This document shows, piece by piece, positions 50,518-63,929 of a stretch of DNA of 64,000 nt. A program made the position numbers and the translations under genes. The stretch is taken from assembly GCA_030704615.1 (NCBI GenBank), contig CM060731.1, forward strand, positions 66,340,001 through 66,404,000. The letters run 5' to 3'. The notes under the pieces are model-generated. The model saw nothing but the letters and a program-made list of their open reading frames with translations, made no database searches and had not been told where the DNA came from. Within the stretch, counting starts at the first letter, position 1, and each line of letters begins with the position of its first letter. The DNA comes from Takakia lepidozioides (Eukaryota > Plantae > Bryophyta).

Positions 50518-52458
50518 CTACACAGAAACCTTAGGTTCCTCCGCGAAAACCAGCTGCTTTGATGCTCGAAAACCCAGCAGCTTGTTCATAGCACTAACGT
50601 AGGCTCGCACACTGGACACCACCACATCTTGTGATGCTCCTGTACCACTGAAAGACCGCTGCACTGGCTTCCCAAATTGGGCATGTGTGACAGTGAGGTC
50701 TTGAGAACGAATGACTACTCGGGTGTGTGCCAAAGCATCAATCCCCTCCGTCACACCATTCATGGTGTACTCCACCAGTGTCACTGGTGCCTTCACAACA
50801 GAATCAACAGCCTTGTAAGCTGCATCCACAGGACCAGTTCCAACTGATGTGCCGACGTGCTCGAGGCCATCAGGTCCAACAAGCTTCGCAGTGGCAGTGG
50901 ACAGGCCCATTGTCCCACACACAGCTTGCAGGTCAGTAAGAGCCCATACCACCTGAGGCTGGAAAACTTCATCTGAAAGCAGCACTTCCAGGTCTTCGTC
51001 TGATATATTCTTCTTCTTCTCGGCCACAGCCTTAAATCTCTGGAAGACATCGTCCAGTTCCCCACCATCAAGCTCGTAGCCCAGCTCTATTAGCCGTGTT
51101 TTCAAAGCATGTCGCCCACTGTGCTTTCCAAGAACAATGCCGGATGCATCTGCACGTACTAATCCAATGTCATCAGGTGACAGAATCTCATAGGTGCCCT
51201 TGTGCTTCAGCATTCCATCCTGGTGGATACCACTCTCATGTGCAAATGCGTTTGCCCCCACAATTGCTTTGTGTGGTTGCACTACCATCCCTGTGAAGTC
51301 AGCCACCATTCGACTAGCCATCACAATGTGCTTGGTTCTAATACCAGTGTATAGACCTCCCATTTGCTCCTGACCTCGGCACCTCATTGCCATCACAACC
51401 TCTTCCAGAGAAGCATTCCCTGCTCTCTCACCAATGCCATTGATTGTCACTTCCACTTGCCTCGCACCCGCATAAGCACCTGCAAGAGTGTTGGCAGTGG
51501 CCAGGCCAAGGTCATTCTGACAGTGGGTGGAGAATATGACATTTTCGGCACCGACTACATTTGCTCTTAGCTTTGCAATGAGTGCCCCAAACTCAGTGGG
51601 TAAATTGTACCCAACTGTGTCTGGTATGTTCAGCGTAGTGGCTCCTGCCTTAATCACCTCTCCAAGAATTCTATAAAGGAACTCTGGATCAGACCTTCCA
51701 GCATCTTCAGGGCTGAATTCTATATCCTGGCATCCTAAGCTCCGGGCGTATGTGACCATCTGTGTAGCAATTCGCACAACCTCATCAGGAGTCTTCTTCA
51801 GCTTGTACACCATATGAATCTCACTAGTGGCAAGGAATGTATGGATGCGTGGTCGCACCGCATGCCGCACTGCCTCCCAGGCTGCATCAATGTCGGCCTT
51901 GTTGCACCGTGACAAGCCACAAATGACTGGAACATACCCCTCATCATCTACATTGTTACCCACCTCTCGTGCAATCATGCGCACAGCCTCCAGATCATCC
52001 GGGGAAGCTATGGGAAACCCTGCTTCTATGATGTCCACCCCAAGCTTTGCAAGCTGCCTGGCTATGTCCAGCTTCTCCTTGCTGGTTAGGGTAGCGCCGG
52101 GCGACTGCTCCCCATCCCTCAGTGTAGTGTCAAAAATGCGAACATAATGGGGGTCATCAATTCTGTGAGGAATGTACTGGGGCCGCTTTCTCTCCGATTG
52201 AAGAGCACACGCAATAGGTGTCGCCGCGCTCATATGGGTCTCTGACTTGGGGACCCTCATCAAGAGCTGCCTCTGTGAACTCAAAGGTGTGAAGGAAGAG
52301 GATAGCACCGAAGAGGCTCCATGGGTTTGTAGGTGTGAGAGTGAAGACGGCGCATGGCGAGGCACGCAGCTCCGTACCTGGTTCTGCTGCATGAGCCGGA
52401 CGGAAGGAGATGAGCCCGCAGGCCCAACCAGGAGGGCGTTCGACCACGCACACGCCAT
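50518..52458 (-). CDS. IPMS: 2-isopropylmalate synthase, plastid-targeted, intronless
   Basis: Ser-rich transit peptide, [43 protein letters not shown] and the C-terminal regulatory domain (GTGPVDAAY). One uninterrupted 646-aa ORF. Confidence 0.97.
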   Translation of the reverse strand: MACAWSNALLVGPAGSSPSVRLMQQNQVRSCVPRHAPSSLSHLQTHGASSVLSSSFTPLSSQRQLLMRVPKSETHMSAATPIACALQSERKRPQYIPHRIDDPHYVRIFDTTLRDGEQSPGATLTSKEKLDIARQLAKLGVDIIEAGFPIASPDDLEAVRMIAREVGNNVDDEGYVPVICGLSRCNKADIDAAWEAVRHAVRPRIHTFLATSEIHMVYKLKKTPDEVVRIATQMVTYARSLGCQDIEFSPEDAGRSDPEFLYRILGEVIKAGATTLNIPDTVGYNLPTEFGALIAKLRANVVGAENVIFSTHCQNDLGLATANTLAGAYAGARQVEVTINGIGERAGNASLEEVVMAMRCRGQEQMGGLYTGIRTKHIVMASRMVADFTGMVVQPHKAIVGANAFAHESGIHQDGMLKHKGTYEILSPDDIGLVRADASGIVLGKHSGRHALKTRLIELGYELDGGELDDVFQRFKAVAEKKKNISDEDLEVLLSDEVFQPQVVWALTDLQAVCGTMGLSTATAKLVGPDGLEHVGTSVGTGPVDAAYKAVDSVVKAPVTLVEYTMNGVTEGIDALAHTRVVIRSQDLTVTHAQFGKPVQRSFSGTGASQDVVVSSVRAYVSAMNKLLGFRASKQLVFAEEPKVSV

Positions 52459-54432
52459 AGCCGCTGAGCTTGCTCAAGACAAGATTCAAGAAGAAGACGA
52501 CGCTGGAGAAAACTAACAAAGTCGTCCCAACTCTCCCCTGCTCTTCAGCCCACGGAAAAATGCCGCCCAAAGCCTGTAAGTACTATCGGGCGGCCAGCGA
52601 AAGCTTCAGCCCCCCGGGCAGCCTACTGTGCGGAGGAAACTTGCGCCCCACCTCACCAAGCTTCCTTACACATCCATTACACCCGCACAGCAGCATGCAA
52701 TCTCCACAAACCTGCTCTTATCTTCCTACGTTTTCTTCCTTCAACTCGAAGACACCAGAGAGCAGACAAGGCTGGAGCGTTTAGCTATGTGATGATTCTT
52801 TCTCTGTCCTCCAGCTTTGGCAGGTGCAGCTATCCATCTCCTCATCTCTTCATCGAACATCTCCAGCAGACTCTCTTCTCCCTCTCCCTCTCCTTGAGGA
52901 TTAGTATTACCCACCTGCTGCCACGCATTCCTCCACTCATTTTCCTCCCTCGCTCCACCTGACGTTGGCAACACCTCATTAGGGTTTAGCGTTAACCCCT
53001 TATCTTCTTCTTCTCTGTCCTGGCAGGAAGAAGTCGATGGAGTACCGGTAGCCTTGTCTGATGAACCCCATTTTGTGGGCAAATACTTATGGGCTGCATG
53101 CCCCTCTACTTTGTTCCTCTTCTCCTGTATGCCTCTATCATCCTTCAATGAAGGAAATCTCACCCGAAGGCCAAGGAGCCACCATGTCAGACAGTATTGA
53201 TCCTGAGGGAAAAGACAAAGACCCATGGAATCAGCCTGCACCGGTGATCTGATGTCTGGGTTTCGAACCCAAGATCAACTGGACTGGTCCATGAAATCTG
53301 AACAGTGTGTTTGAATATAAGTGTGGGGCACGCATTCCCAACTCCCTGTTTAATTCTACAGTTTTCTAACGTTGTGCACACAGTCTTCCATAACAGCTTC
53401 AGTTTGACCACTGCAAATGTCTGAGGCATTGGAATTACAACTCACTGAGAGTATATCACTTACATACCGTGCTGTAGTATGCTATATGTGAGCTCAAGAA
53501 CTGAAGTTCAGGGTCTGAGAGTGGTACAAGTTTGCATGTTCTTTCTCTAAAGAATGTCTCCCTCTCCCTCTCAAATCGTCCGTTTGTGCCTGATAGATGA
53601 CATCGCAAGTGAGAAGATGGAACAAATTGAGGGTGTGGTGAGCAAGCCATCCATGTCTTATAGTATTAGTCCGTAAAACAATGAACAGAAGGAAAAAAGC
53701 TGATGGAATGTGTTGAACCGGAATCTTTAATTCAGATGTTGGTAGTTCGAAATTTTCCGTGCAGTATGTGCAGGAGGAGGTACGTATCAGTGGTAACTAG
53801 TTAAGAAGCTAACCTTCTTTCTATATCATAAAATTTCCTGATCATTCCTAAAGGACAGTGATCTGAGGCACTATTTGTATCTCTACTCCGGGAAGTATAT
53901 CTCTCGACCTTCTCCCTAAACCATCAGTTGTAAGTGCAGTTTGACACCCAATCTGCGCCGGTTCAAAGGAGGTATGTTTCTGTTGGACGGGGTAACCAAA
54001 GTTGATTTCTGCCATCTATCAAGGGTAGACCCCTTTGTGACTTTGGATCTGCTAACATCCTTTCTGTATACAATTTGCTAGTGGGGACGAACTAGTGTAC
54101 AAAATGTAAACTGATCTGTCTGATGCTCCTCAAGGCAGTCCCATGCGTAGCTTGGATCATATTCACAGTAATGATCATCGCCTAAACTGGACCCCGCAAC
54201 TTGTCCAGAAGAGAGTTTGACGCTGCACTCGATACCCGACGTCGACATTCACTCCTTCACTGAGTTGCAAGTGAAGTTGTCAAAGATTGAGTCTCTGAAC
54301 AGCCCATCCAGTGACACAGCTCTCACCAGCTTGTTCACACAGATGTCCGAAAGAAATCACCGTAACAGCTACGCGCCGTCTGTCATTGGAGAATCGTACT
54401 TGGAAGACTAGAAGCAGTTCGTCCACCACCAC

Positions 54433-55110
54433 CTAATTACTCAAAAAGCTGTGTACTTGGCTCTTGGAGCCTCTTGTAGTTCTTCCCCGTACGAAATTCT
54501 GTATCCTCCTCCTTGCACCGACCTCGTGGATGGTTTCTAGCCTGGGTTTCCAGGAATTACATCGAACAAGGCTAGGTTGCGGGCCGGCAGCATACATACT
54601 GCGTAGATCCGGTGTGGAATAGCTGATGATGGGGTCGTGGTCCGCGTCCTTAGAGAACAGTTTGGTCACATCTTGCCCACGCAATGTGACTTTTGCACTC
54701 CCAGGCCCCTTCCATTGTTTGATCTCAAATGTTTGGCCCTCCCCCTTCCTTCCAAGTTCTGCATTTTTAACTCGATCCTGGGCCTCTTTCCACTTTTTCC
54801 CATCACTCTTTGAATCGGCGGCCTCAAGGGATGGAGAGCCAGATCCTTGAAACTTGTGGCTGGGAAGAAGGTAGTACAAACGCCCTGGCTCCAGTTGCAT
54901 CGCCGCCGGAAGGATAGATTTCTTCGAAAGAGAGGTGAGTGCGCTAGAGTGGCACAAAAGGTGCTCCGGGTGCTCCAGCAACAGTTCTCCTACTGTCACT
55001 GCCCGCCTAAATTCTTCCACCGTTCCATCTGCGAGGACGACTTTCACACTGGGACGACCTCGCTCACTACTGTCGTGAATCTGGCCTCCCGCGCACATAT
55101 AATTCCCCAT
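54433..55110 (-). CDS. DUF4228/PADRE family protein
   Basis: MGN N-terminus, VKVVLADGTVEEFRRAVTVGELLLEHPEH, LEPGRLYYLLP and C-terminal WKPRLETIHE. Confidence 0.9.
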   Translation of the reverse strand: MGNYMCAGGQIHDSSERGRPSVKVVLADGTVEEFRRAVTVGELLLEHPEHLLCHSSALTSLSKKSILPAAMQLEPGRLYYLLPSHKFQGSGSPSLEAADSKSDGKKWKEAQDRVKNAELGRKGEGQTFEIKQWKGPGSAKVTLRGQDVTKLFSKDADHDPIISYSTPDLRSMYAAGPQPSLVRCNSWKPRLETIHEVGARRRIQNFVRGRTTRGSKSQVHSFLSN

Positions 55111-57059
55111 GCCTTCCCGAACTTTCTAACCGATTAAGAGTCGATTCTGGAAACCACCAACCCACGACCGAAAATAAAAGAACCTGTGTAAACTCGACTT
55201 CCCCTTTCCAGCAAGTCCTTTTACACAGCCTGCACTAACTCACACCAATGAACGCCTGTGGCTAGAACGCAACCCTGGCCCTCCTAGCAGAAACTTCGCC
55301 TTCCTGATCTGTCCCCCGCTATATCACCTCCCGATCTGCAACAAAGTATCCTGCAGCTCGCTCTCCCAACTCCGTCTTCAGACAATCGGGAGACAATCCA
55401 ACAGCTCCGGATTCAAACAGGTCAGTTGTAACTCGCTTAACTTCCTCCAACTCAACACAGATGGGACACAGACACACAACCTCCGACTCTAACAGTTAAT
55501 GCTGCTATACATCACTTAGTCTCTTCAACTGCAAACTTTGCGGTCACTGGTGGAACTTGGAAGCACACATAATGAGAATTCCCCTACAGAGAGACTGTTG
55601 CTCTCTCTTCTGCTGATGCGAAGGCTGATGAAGCAGGCTGTGAAAGGCAGGCAGGGCGAGCGTGGTATAATAAAGAGGTAGCAGGTGTGGCAGTCGCAGC
55701 TTTGACTGACCTTCTCTGACCACCGCTCCCCTGCAGCGACATCCACCAATCAAACCGCTTTTCCTGGAACCTCTTTCTGCTGCTCGCCTCTCTCTCTCGC
55801 TCACCGAGTCCGCGTGCACGTGGATTTCTTCCCAGCACACGCTCCCCCGGATCATCCAGTTGATCCGCCAACATCGGACGGTTCATACACCACGCTCTGG
55901 ATTTGGTCAAGCTGACTACCTCACCGACACGTGTGATCGCACGCTCGGATACGGTACCGAAATACGTGTTCTTCTTTTTGTTTTCTTTTACCGCACACCG
56001 ATTACAGACTCCTCCACCAGGATCTTCCCACGCGTCACACGATAACATTGCCGTAATTTGACTTAGACTCTGACTGCAAACGTGGCGTGGCGGGATTAGC
56101 TTGGGACCGACAGTCATTCAACCCACCGACCGTATGTATTACGTACCTGTCTCCCATACCATGTCCGCGTGTAGAATACACCGTACATATCCACCTACTA
56201 TCGTGTAGGTATGGTCGTATGGTCGTATGGTCCTGCTCTTACCTTTTCAACGGACAGAATTACATCCTTGAGAGTCTGTTCATCCACGTATCTCTCCAAC
56301 TACCCAGTTATACTGAGACACGGGGCTGATGGCCCTGTCCGGTCTGGGACACGTGATGTCCCACCACACCATTTTTTCTGCTGCTTACTGACACCTGGCT
56401 GACGTTCTTTTATGGAATCTGTTTTTCTGTAAATACCAAATTTTAGTAAACGTTGCACTGTGACTTATTACCAGCAGTCGGTAAGCTTGACCGACTGCCG
56501 GTAAGCTTGAACGCTTGAACCCAGGTGTGCCTGGGTTCAACTCCTGCTGCCCTGTTGGGGGTGGTATAATATAATCTTCCCTTGGTCGGTGTCCAACGAC
56601 TCACCTTGTGCTAGTGGTTACTTGGAAAGAGCTTATTTTCTACTCTCACTTTAATTAACGGGGCTGATTTGTGCCAAGTGACTTGCGATCGTTCGGGGCA
56701 TTTCCCTTTAGAGAAAATGAAAAGGAAAAAACAAACAAATATGACTCAAGCGGCTTGGAGATTATTTGTTTCTTATAAGTGCTCTCAGAATTCAAAGAAA
56801 CCGACCAACTAATTAAGTTGGGCAGTCCAAGCGTTGACGAATAATATTCCTAACGACTGGTCAAAATTTGGCCACGTATCCACAAGTGATTGACTTGTAT
56901 GCGCCATACCGTCCCTGGACAACCGTTTTCCACGGGGCCGTTTTCCTCCTTTATTCACTGACAAGTAATATTTATGTTTATTAAAACAATTCCAAAAACA
57001 ATTCCTCGGTTCAAGTCGTCCGGACTCCGACCCATTTAAGAACAACTATATATGCACAT

Positions 57060-57221
57060 GGGCTGGTAGCTCAGCTGGTAAGTGCACAATGTGTCGCCCT
57101 GGTGGTTCAGGGCTCGAACCCGCTGCCCTGCGCGGTGTGTGGATTGTTCGTGACCAGGTGGTCTGGTGGTGATGTTCCCACCTGTGTGCCTAATGGATTA
57201 TCTGAAAGGGGGTTAATTTTT
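57060..57221 (+). mobile_element. tRNA-derived SINE-like element
   Basis: A-box TAGCTCAGCTGG and B-box-like GGCTCGAACC with tRNA spacing, then a non-tRNA body ending in a T-run. No complete cloverleaf. Confidence 0.6.
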
Positions 57222-57826
57222 CCCCCTCCCTCAGGGGCCTGAATTGTGAGCAGTCGCTCCCAGGTTTCCTTTTAAAATATATATACACATATATGTATAT
57301 ATAGTAAAACAGAATAAAATAGGCCTTGGTAGATGGATGGGAACAAAGTGGATGATAAATGTGGTCTCGCAGCCGGAGAACGGAGAGCTTCTAGAGTGTA
57401 GACGAAGCTGCTGCCGACCAAAAAGCAGAAGCACACGTGCGGAGCACACGCCGTCGGGACTCGACAATGACGTGTGGTCAGATAAATGTTTTGTGTCGCT
57501 GTATCGCAGTGGGGATTAAGTTAGACCATCGGCTAATAGTAGACGACTGCGCTACTCCGTTGACGAGCGTTAACATCTCGTCCATGTATCGACGTGAGAT
57601 AGTTTGTGTTTCAGTCGGAGGGAGAGAGACGATGGAGAGAGGAGCAGAGATGCGGAGGCGATCGATTTTGCTGGCAGGGTTCGCAAATGCTGAAGGACGA
57701 ACTGCGGGATGAGAGAGTGAGGCTTAGTACTTGATGCGAATGTAGCGCAACGGTGTCTTTCTTCCGCTATCTGCCTCGGTGGTTCTAGAAGAGAAAACCT
57801 CCGATTTCTTCCGTGTGTCGCTCTCC

Positions 57827-60800
57827 ATGGCAGGTATGGGGGGCACTTCAGCGGGGGGAGGTGGCTCAGGTCCGAAAATTCTTCTAGCGAAGCCCGCAGT
57901 TCCACGGGCGGAGGGGGCGGGAGGGGGAAGCGGCGCCGCTGGCATGGTGAAGCTGATGCGCGATCGGGACGATGACAGTGCTGCCCGAGCTCGACTTCCC
58001 CACGGATCTCTCAACCTCTTGTCCGATTCGTGGGAATTCTTTCCTGATCGCCTTCTTCCTGTAAGTGCAAACCGTGGACCTTAAACCCTAACCCTAATTG
58101 AACACTCATGCTCGGACTCTGTTTTCAAACCTGTGTTGAGTTTTATTCGTCTTCACCAAGTTCTTGCTTGATGAGGAAGTCTAGATTTGAATTAAGCCTG
58201 TATTTGATGGAGGGCACAGGTCATAGATTTTCACAGACCACGGAAAAACCTGAAGAGAAACTGGCATTGCATCTCTGGGCCTATTTATCAACCAGGAACG
58301 ATCTTACTTTCCTGGTGTGTTTGTGTATGGCCCATCTCAATGTGTATCCTGGACACCTGCATTCCCGAGTCGGATGTTCTGAAGACCAAGGAATCTTAAG
58401 TGTTCTCACAGCTCTGAAAACAAAGTGCTCACATCTACTAATAAGTCTGTAGCTCTAATTTGAATGTGCAGCTTATGTCAGATAATACAGATTTCACAGT
58501 GGTGGGTGTGCTTGGAGCGCCCGGCGTTGGGAAGTCCACTATAATGAATGAACTTTATGGATTCGATGGAACATCTTCAGGTGAGTGTGTACTGGATTAT
58601 TATGATCGTCAAACAAGAGCTTCAATTCCTTGAAATTGGCAGCATCCTAACAAAGATTATTGGATGATGGACATGATGGCTTACAGTAGATTTTGGTGCG
58701 TTCTATTCTTCAGTAACAACTACCATGTATCAATCATGTTTAGAAACTCCTTCCTATTCATGCTGCTGTCTAATAGTGTGTCAAGAAGCGGCTATCACCA
58801 CATTGTAGGACTCACTTTGGGTGCTGATATTGAAGGGTGTTGGTAGGAGTGTTGCCACCATTTTCATTGCAATCTGAGGAGACACGGGCTGCAGCTAGAC
58901 ACTGCTCTGTGGGCATTGAATTGCGTATGTCCGTTGAACGGTTCATTCTCCTGGATACCCAGGTTTGTGTTATTTCTCTCCATATCTCATGTGCATTAGA
59001 TTTGAGCTCATGCTTCACATTTATCAAAGCTGCACTGAGGACATGTATGCGTGGCCACTATGCCGGAGCAGTCTGAGCACCAGTTTGAAAACTCAGCATA
59101 CCTAGACGTACATATATATATTTCTAGGATTATGACCTAATCTTTTGGGTTTCATGATGTTGTGAAAACTGCTGGAACTTTTCTGGAGATTTATACGAAA
59201 GCTTTATTGCTTTCAGTAATGTCTGTTGTTTGTGGATGGATGCAGCCAGTTTTCAGTTCCTCCATGCTTGCAGATCTTATGCGTCCTGATGGATCGTCAG
59301 CCATCTCAGTAGTTGGTGGGGACTCCATGTCTGCTGAGCTTGCCCTGGAGCTAATGGGGCTTCAGGTAGTACCGCTTTATTATATAGCAATGTACTGTTG
59401 TTTTGTGTTGCAGCTTGTTGTGCAGAAAGAGAGACAAAAAGGAAGGATATGGACTGACTTTTCGTCTGGTGTGGGGTTATCCAAATTACACCCATAGCTT
59501 GGTGTGTTCCTGTGTTCGGTCTGCCATGTCGTCCTCCTCGTCACCGAAGGCCTTCATGACATCAGTCTTTGGCGCCTGATGCAAACTGTAGGCACTCTCT
59601 CTCACTCCCTCATTCCACATTGTACCTATGAGCATTCCCAGTGGATATTATAAAATTTATTTTACTTTCCTTGTTCCCTCTTTCTTTCTCTCTCTCTTTG
59701 TTTAAGAAAGAGGAATCCTTGTAAGCAATGACTACTAGAGCTGATGTCTAGTTATGAGACGGCATTCTTTTCTTGGTGTACAATGTGCTTTGTGGCCAAT
59801 TAGAATTGCATGCAGCATGTGAAGATGTAGTTTGGTTTTCAATGCCACAACACTATTCTGATCTCTAAAGTCGATTTGTCCTGGACAGGTGGAAATGCTG
59901 AAGCAGGGAATACCGGATCCATCAATCACAGCATTAGCTGGAAGCCATCCTCAAGCTCCGCTCACTTCCACAGTAGAAAAGGACGATGATGATAGCCTGC
60001 AAGATGAGCAACCAGATTTTTTTGCAGATGCTGTTTTTGTGCATACCAAGTTTGTGCCTAACCTTCTTTTGGTATTGTGGGGGCTAAGGCTCTTGAAAAA
60101 GGGGAGTGGTTGGATATGAGAGGGCTAGGGGAGTTCCATTTGACATTGCCACCCACCCAGAAGGTGGTATAACCAGGGAGTCAGTAATGGTCAGGCTACA
60201 GCATCTGGAATGGTCAAAGACATGTAGATTTGAACTGGAATGTAGTCAATAGTGTAGGATTCCTTACCTTCCTGCTCACAATTTTTTTCCATTTGCAAGT
60301 TGAGCTCCCGCAGTATACAACGACCCACGTGACAGTGGCCATGTCCAGGGGGGTGGGACGGGGGAGGGAGAAAGCACACCTGGAATAGGCCTGACCAAAG
60401 CAGATAATTTTGGTGGTGTTGTAGGTTACATGAATCGGAGTGCACCTGGTCTGAAATCTGGCGTTTGCAGTCTGCACTGTCTCTTTTCTTCCCAACGCCA
60501 GAATTTCGAAAAAACTCCGCCGTGCACTGTTTACCACAGTTCCAAGCTCATAATCAAGGGAGGAGTGCAATTGGTGGGCCACCAGAACGAGGCACCTCTC
60601 ATTGTGAAGAAGGGGTCATATCACTCGGCAAATCCACACCTGCTGACAAGGTGGACACTGAGAATGGACCTAGTTCCACAGATAATGGGGGCTTCCAGGG
60701 GAAAGAAGATGGAGGAGGACTTCGTTCATTTGACGATTCTACATTTGTGAATTTTTTTGTGCTTCCAGCGAAGGCGTCCAATGAGCTCAGTAAAAAGCAG

Positions 60801-61494
60801 CATGAGAGCTATTCTTCACTGCTCAAGCAGCTTCGAGACCAGGTGTCCCTTTATTTTTCTTTCCCTCTCACCCTTTCCACCTTTCTGATCTGTCCAAACT
60901 GTGTGTGGGGTCAACGATTTGAATGGCTTCCCTCTTGCTATGGCCACCATTACTTCAGGGTCACCTCCAACCAGAGTGACAAGTCGCATGTGTGCTCAGT
61001 TAAAGAGGGCTACCTTCTGCCTTTTAGGTATGTCAGTGTCACATCAAAAAGCAACATGCGACTGTTGTGGTGAGGGTCTTTCTTGTTATTCAAATTCTCA
61101 AGACCTTCGACATAGATCCCTAAATAATCCCTAAATAGTAGTGTTCAAGACTGTTGACCACAAAGGTAGTGAGTGGTTAAGACAAGGATGTATTGTGAGA
61201 AATGAGAACTTTTACCGAAACATGCCCCCTTACACATACAGCCAATGCCGTCATCCATAGTTTCGATGCTGAGGTCAGTCAAAGAAGTATCAACAAAATA
61301 AACAAGCTGATGACCTTTTTCTGGTGTTTGGGTTGGCTCAGGTGTTGGCAATGCCACGCCGTCCATTTGCAAAACCTATGTCGGAACGTGATTGGCTAAG
61401 AAGTGCATTTCGAACCTGGGACCTAGTTAAAAAATCACCAGTGCTTGCTGATTACAGTAAAATGCTTCAAGGTTCTGGGCTATATCGACGGTGA
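57827..61494 (+). CDS. SMG9: nonsense-mediated decay factor SMG9, 8 exons
   Basis: Exons 57827-58060, 58472-58580, 58847-58962, 59246-59365, 59498-59587, 59889-60049, 60425-60842 and 61342-61494. Motifs KILLAKP, P-loop VVGVLGAPGVGKST, ILLDTQPVFSSSML and SERDWLRSAFRTWDLVKKS. Confidence 0.92.
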
Positions 61495-62010
61495 CTTGAT
61501 CGTCACAGGTATTTTGAGACATTCTAACCAAGGCTAAACTTCCATATGTGCAAGTTCAAAACAAGCCAATTCTGGGTTGTGTGTACTCATGGACCTTTCC
61601 CTGTCTAATGTTTGTGGCTGTAGACCTGCCCAATCTTTGACTAGATGCACTCATGATATCTGAAACTTGAGAGGCACTTGGCAGTTGTGACCGTCCCACA
61701 GTACAATGTTAATTGGTGGTGTCATGCAACTGCAGCAGAGATGACTATATTACCAGCTGAGTCCCCAAATATTGGTTTGTGACTGATGGTTCTCAGAGGC
61801 CAGGCTAGTCCTACATTAGTTATTTAGTAACCAGGTAGTCTGGGAATTGAGGTTTCTTCAAACACCAATAGACAGTGGTTTGTAGAGGGTATAGCCATGG
61901 CCAAGCAGAGTTCAACTATTTCACTGCACTGACAATGCATCTTTTGATGTTAAACTTTGTCTGCCAACACATTAGTGATATAATGTCCCTGAACTATGGT
62001 AGGTCATTAC

Positions 62011-63072
62011 CAATGTTGGGCGGTTATTTGAGTGATAATTGGCGATTGCAGTTGCTTCACATTTTAGGAAACTTCTATTTGCAGTTATTAAAATTTTTGA
62101 CTAGATATAACCTACGGTTCCAGTTAGTTGCAAAAACCTTAGATAATCTACGGTTTTCAGCAAATAATCGTGGGTATTGGGTGGTTCCTTAAGGGAAGAC
62201 ACTAGACATAGGATGGGAGTTAAATGCGCCTGTGGGCCTACAGGCCGGGACGCCCTTGGTGGGGCTTGCAATCAAATCTCCACCTCACCTCAGCCTCGCC
62301 CTTGTGCCAGTATTATTGAATAAACATTAAATTTTTGGTTATTGGCAAGAAAGTGGCTTGGTGTTAGGGGGCATTGATTCATATTGAAGGGGTTCCTTTG
62401 TTCAAACTTCCCTTGTTTCCGCTCCCCTATTATTGCTTCTGCTCCCTTGTGTTCATGCTCCCACCTTACTGCTGTCCTGCTCTTTCCCTTGTTAGCGCTC
62501 CCCAGTTACTACTCCCACACCCCTGTGTTATTGCTCCCACTTGCCCTTCCTCATAATTATTATAGGGGGCCAGTCTTTCTGACACAGCAGACACACAGGG
62601 GCACATGTCTTTCTTGCATCCCCAGAAGCAGCAGTCCAAGAAAAGGGAGCGGGGGAGTTGTAACAAGGGAGTGGGGAACAAGGGAGCAGGAGAACGGAAA
62701 TATGGGAATGACACAACGGGAGCAAAGGATGGGGAACATGGAGCAGGGGAACTGGGCGTGAAGTACGAAGGAGACGTGGTACAGGGGTAGGGATTTGACT
62801 GCAAACCCCGAGGGGCCTCTCCAACTCGCTCTGATGATCGTACTGGCAAGGCTCGTCCACGCACATTCAACTCCCACCCAATGTCTAGTGCAAACGCGCA
62901 AACCTTCTTTACAAGGTTCTTTGCCGGGTTATTTGCATGCCCAACCTCCACTAGTTCCTAAACTGACCGGTTACTTCATTTTTTCACCTCTGCCGGTCAT
63001 ATAGATATGTACACACACCTATAATCGGATAGGTAGCTCCGATTAGAGAGATAAAATAATCGCCCAACATTG
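62011..63072. mobile_element. non-autonomous hAT-type element (1062 bp) with perfect 8-bp TSD
   Basis: TIRs CAATGTTGGGCGGTTATTT and AAATAATCGCCCAACATTG; GTCATTAC duplicated at 62003-62010 and 63073-63080. Confidence 0.92.
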
Positions 63073-63424
63073 GTCATTACGTACTTCAATCTCTAGATGA
63101 AAATGCCAACAGAAGTAAATTTAACTCATCCTTCTAGGTCTTGATTTGCAGCTAGCCCCTATGCAAGGAGGATATCTTCACAGAAGTATTATCCCAGCAA
63201 GTATCGAGATACATTTAAGGTAGTGCAGTCCCAATAAGTGCAGATGGTGAAAGTGTCAGGGTATCGCCGGTGTGGCTATAATGGGTGGTACAGAGTCCTG
63301 ACTCAAGAAACCAATCAGCTCACCCGTCCTCCAGAACATAATTCTCACCCTTCAGCGCATACCTGACACTCATAATTTGAACGACACAAGCAACTGCCAG
63401 AAAAAAAATGTTGCCACGTAAGGT

Positions 63425-63929
63425 TCACAAAAGATTGGGTACAAGGCCATCCCATAGATGCTGCCGACTTGGACATATGTCGTTTAGTAATCTCTGCATG
63501 CTGTCTGACACAGTTGCTGAGGTTCCATTCTTGTCAATTCCTTTCTCCGGTACATGATGCAGCCTCTGATTACATGCCAGCGATCAAGTCAATATTTTGT
63601 TCAAGAAATGGGTAGCAACTTGGAAGACACTACAACACTGAGTCAGGTTAGAGAGAGAGAGAGAGATCACAACTCACCAATGAGAAGATCCACAGCTTAT
63701 AGGCGGCTGCGAACTCACATTGACTGGTTGCGTCCCCGATAAGGTCAGAGTTGCATACGGTCATGCAGAAGTCTGCAAACTGAAGTTCCTTCCTTGCAAG
63801 TTCCATTGCTTCCTCAAGGTGCTCTTGCTCATAGGCTCTTTTGGTAACACTAGTTGGTCTAGAATCTGGCTGTAAAAGCTTGCAATGGCTCAAGCCACGG
63901 AGTAGAAAACGTCGATGAACCCACAATGC
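63425..63929 (-). CDS. 3' exons of a protein prenyltransferase alpha-subunit repeat protein (PTAR1-like); 5' part outside the window
   Basis: Exon 63929-63678 (ALWVHRRFL...AAAYKLWIFSL) and last exon 63565-63425 (...CPSRQHLWDGLVPNLL*), with phase-0 GT-AG junctions. Confidence 0.65.

Noticed and set aside
52741-53241. 166-aa minus-strand ORF upstream of IPMS
   Set aside because: Low complexity with no recognisable motif; probably a TE relic.
57060-57135. tRNA gene
   Set aside because: A and B boxes are present but there is no convincing acceptor or anticodon stem, and it continues into a SINE-like body.
61405-61450. reverse B-box (TTCGAACC) suggesting a SINE
   Set aside because: Falls within the last coding exon of SMG9 (AFRTWDLVKK).
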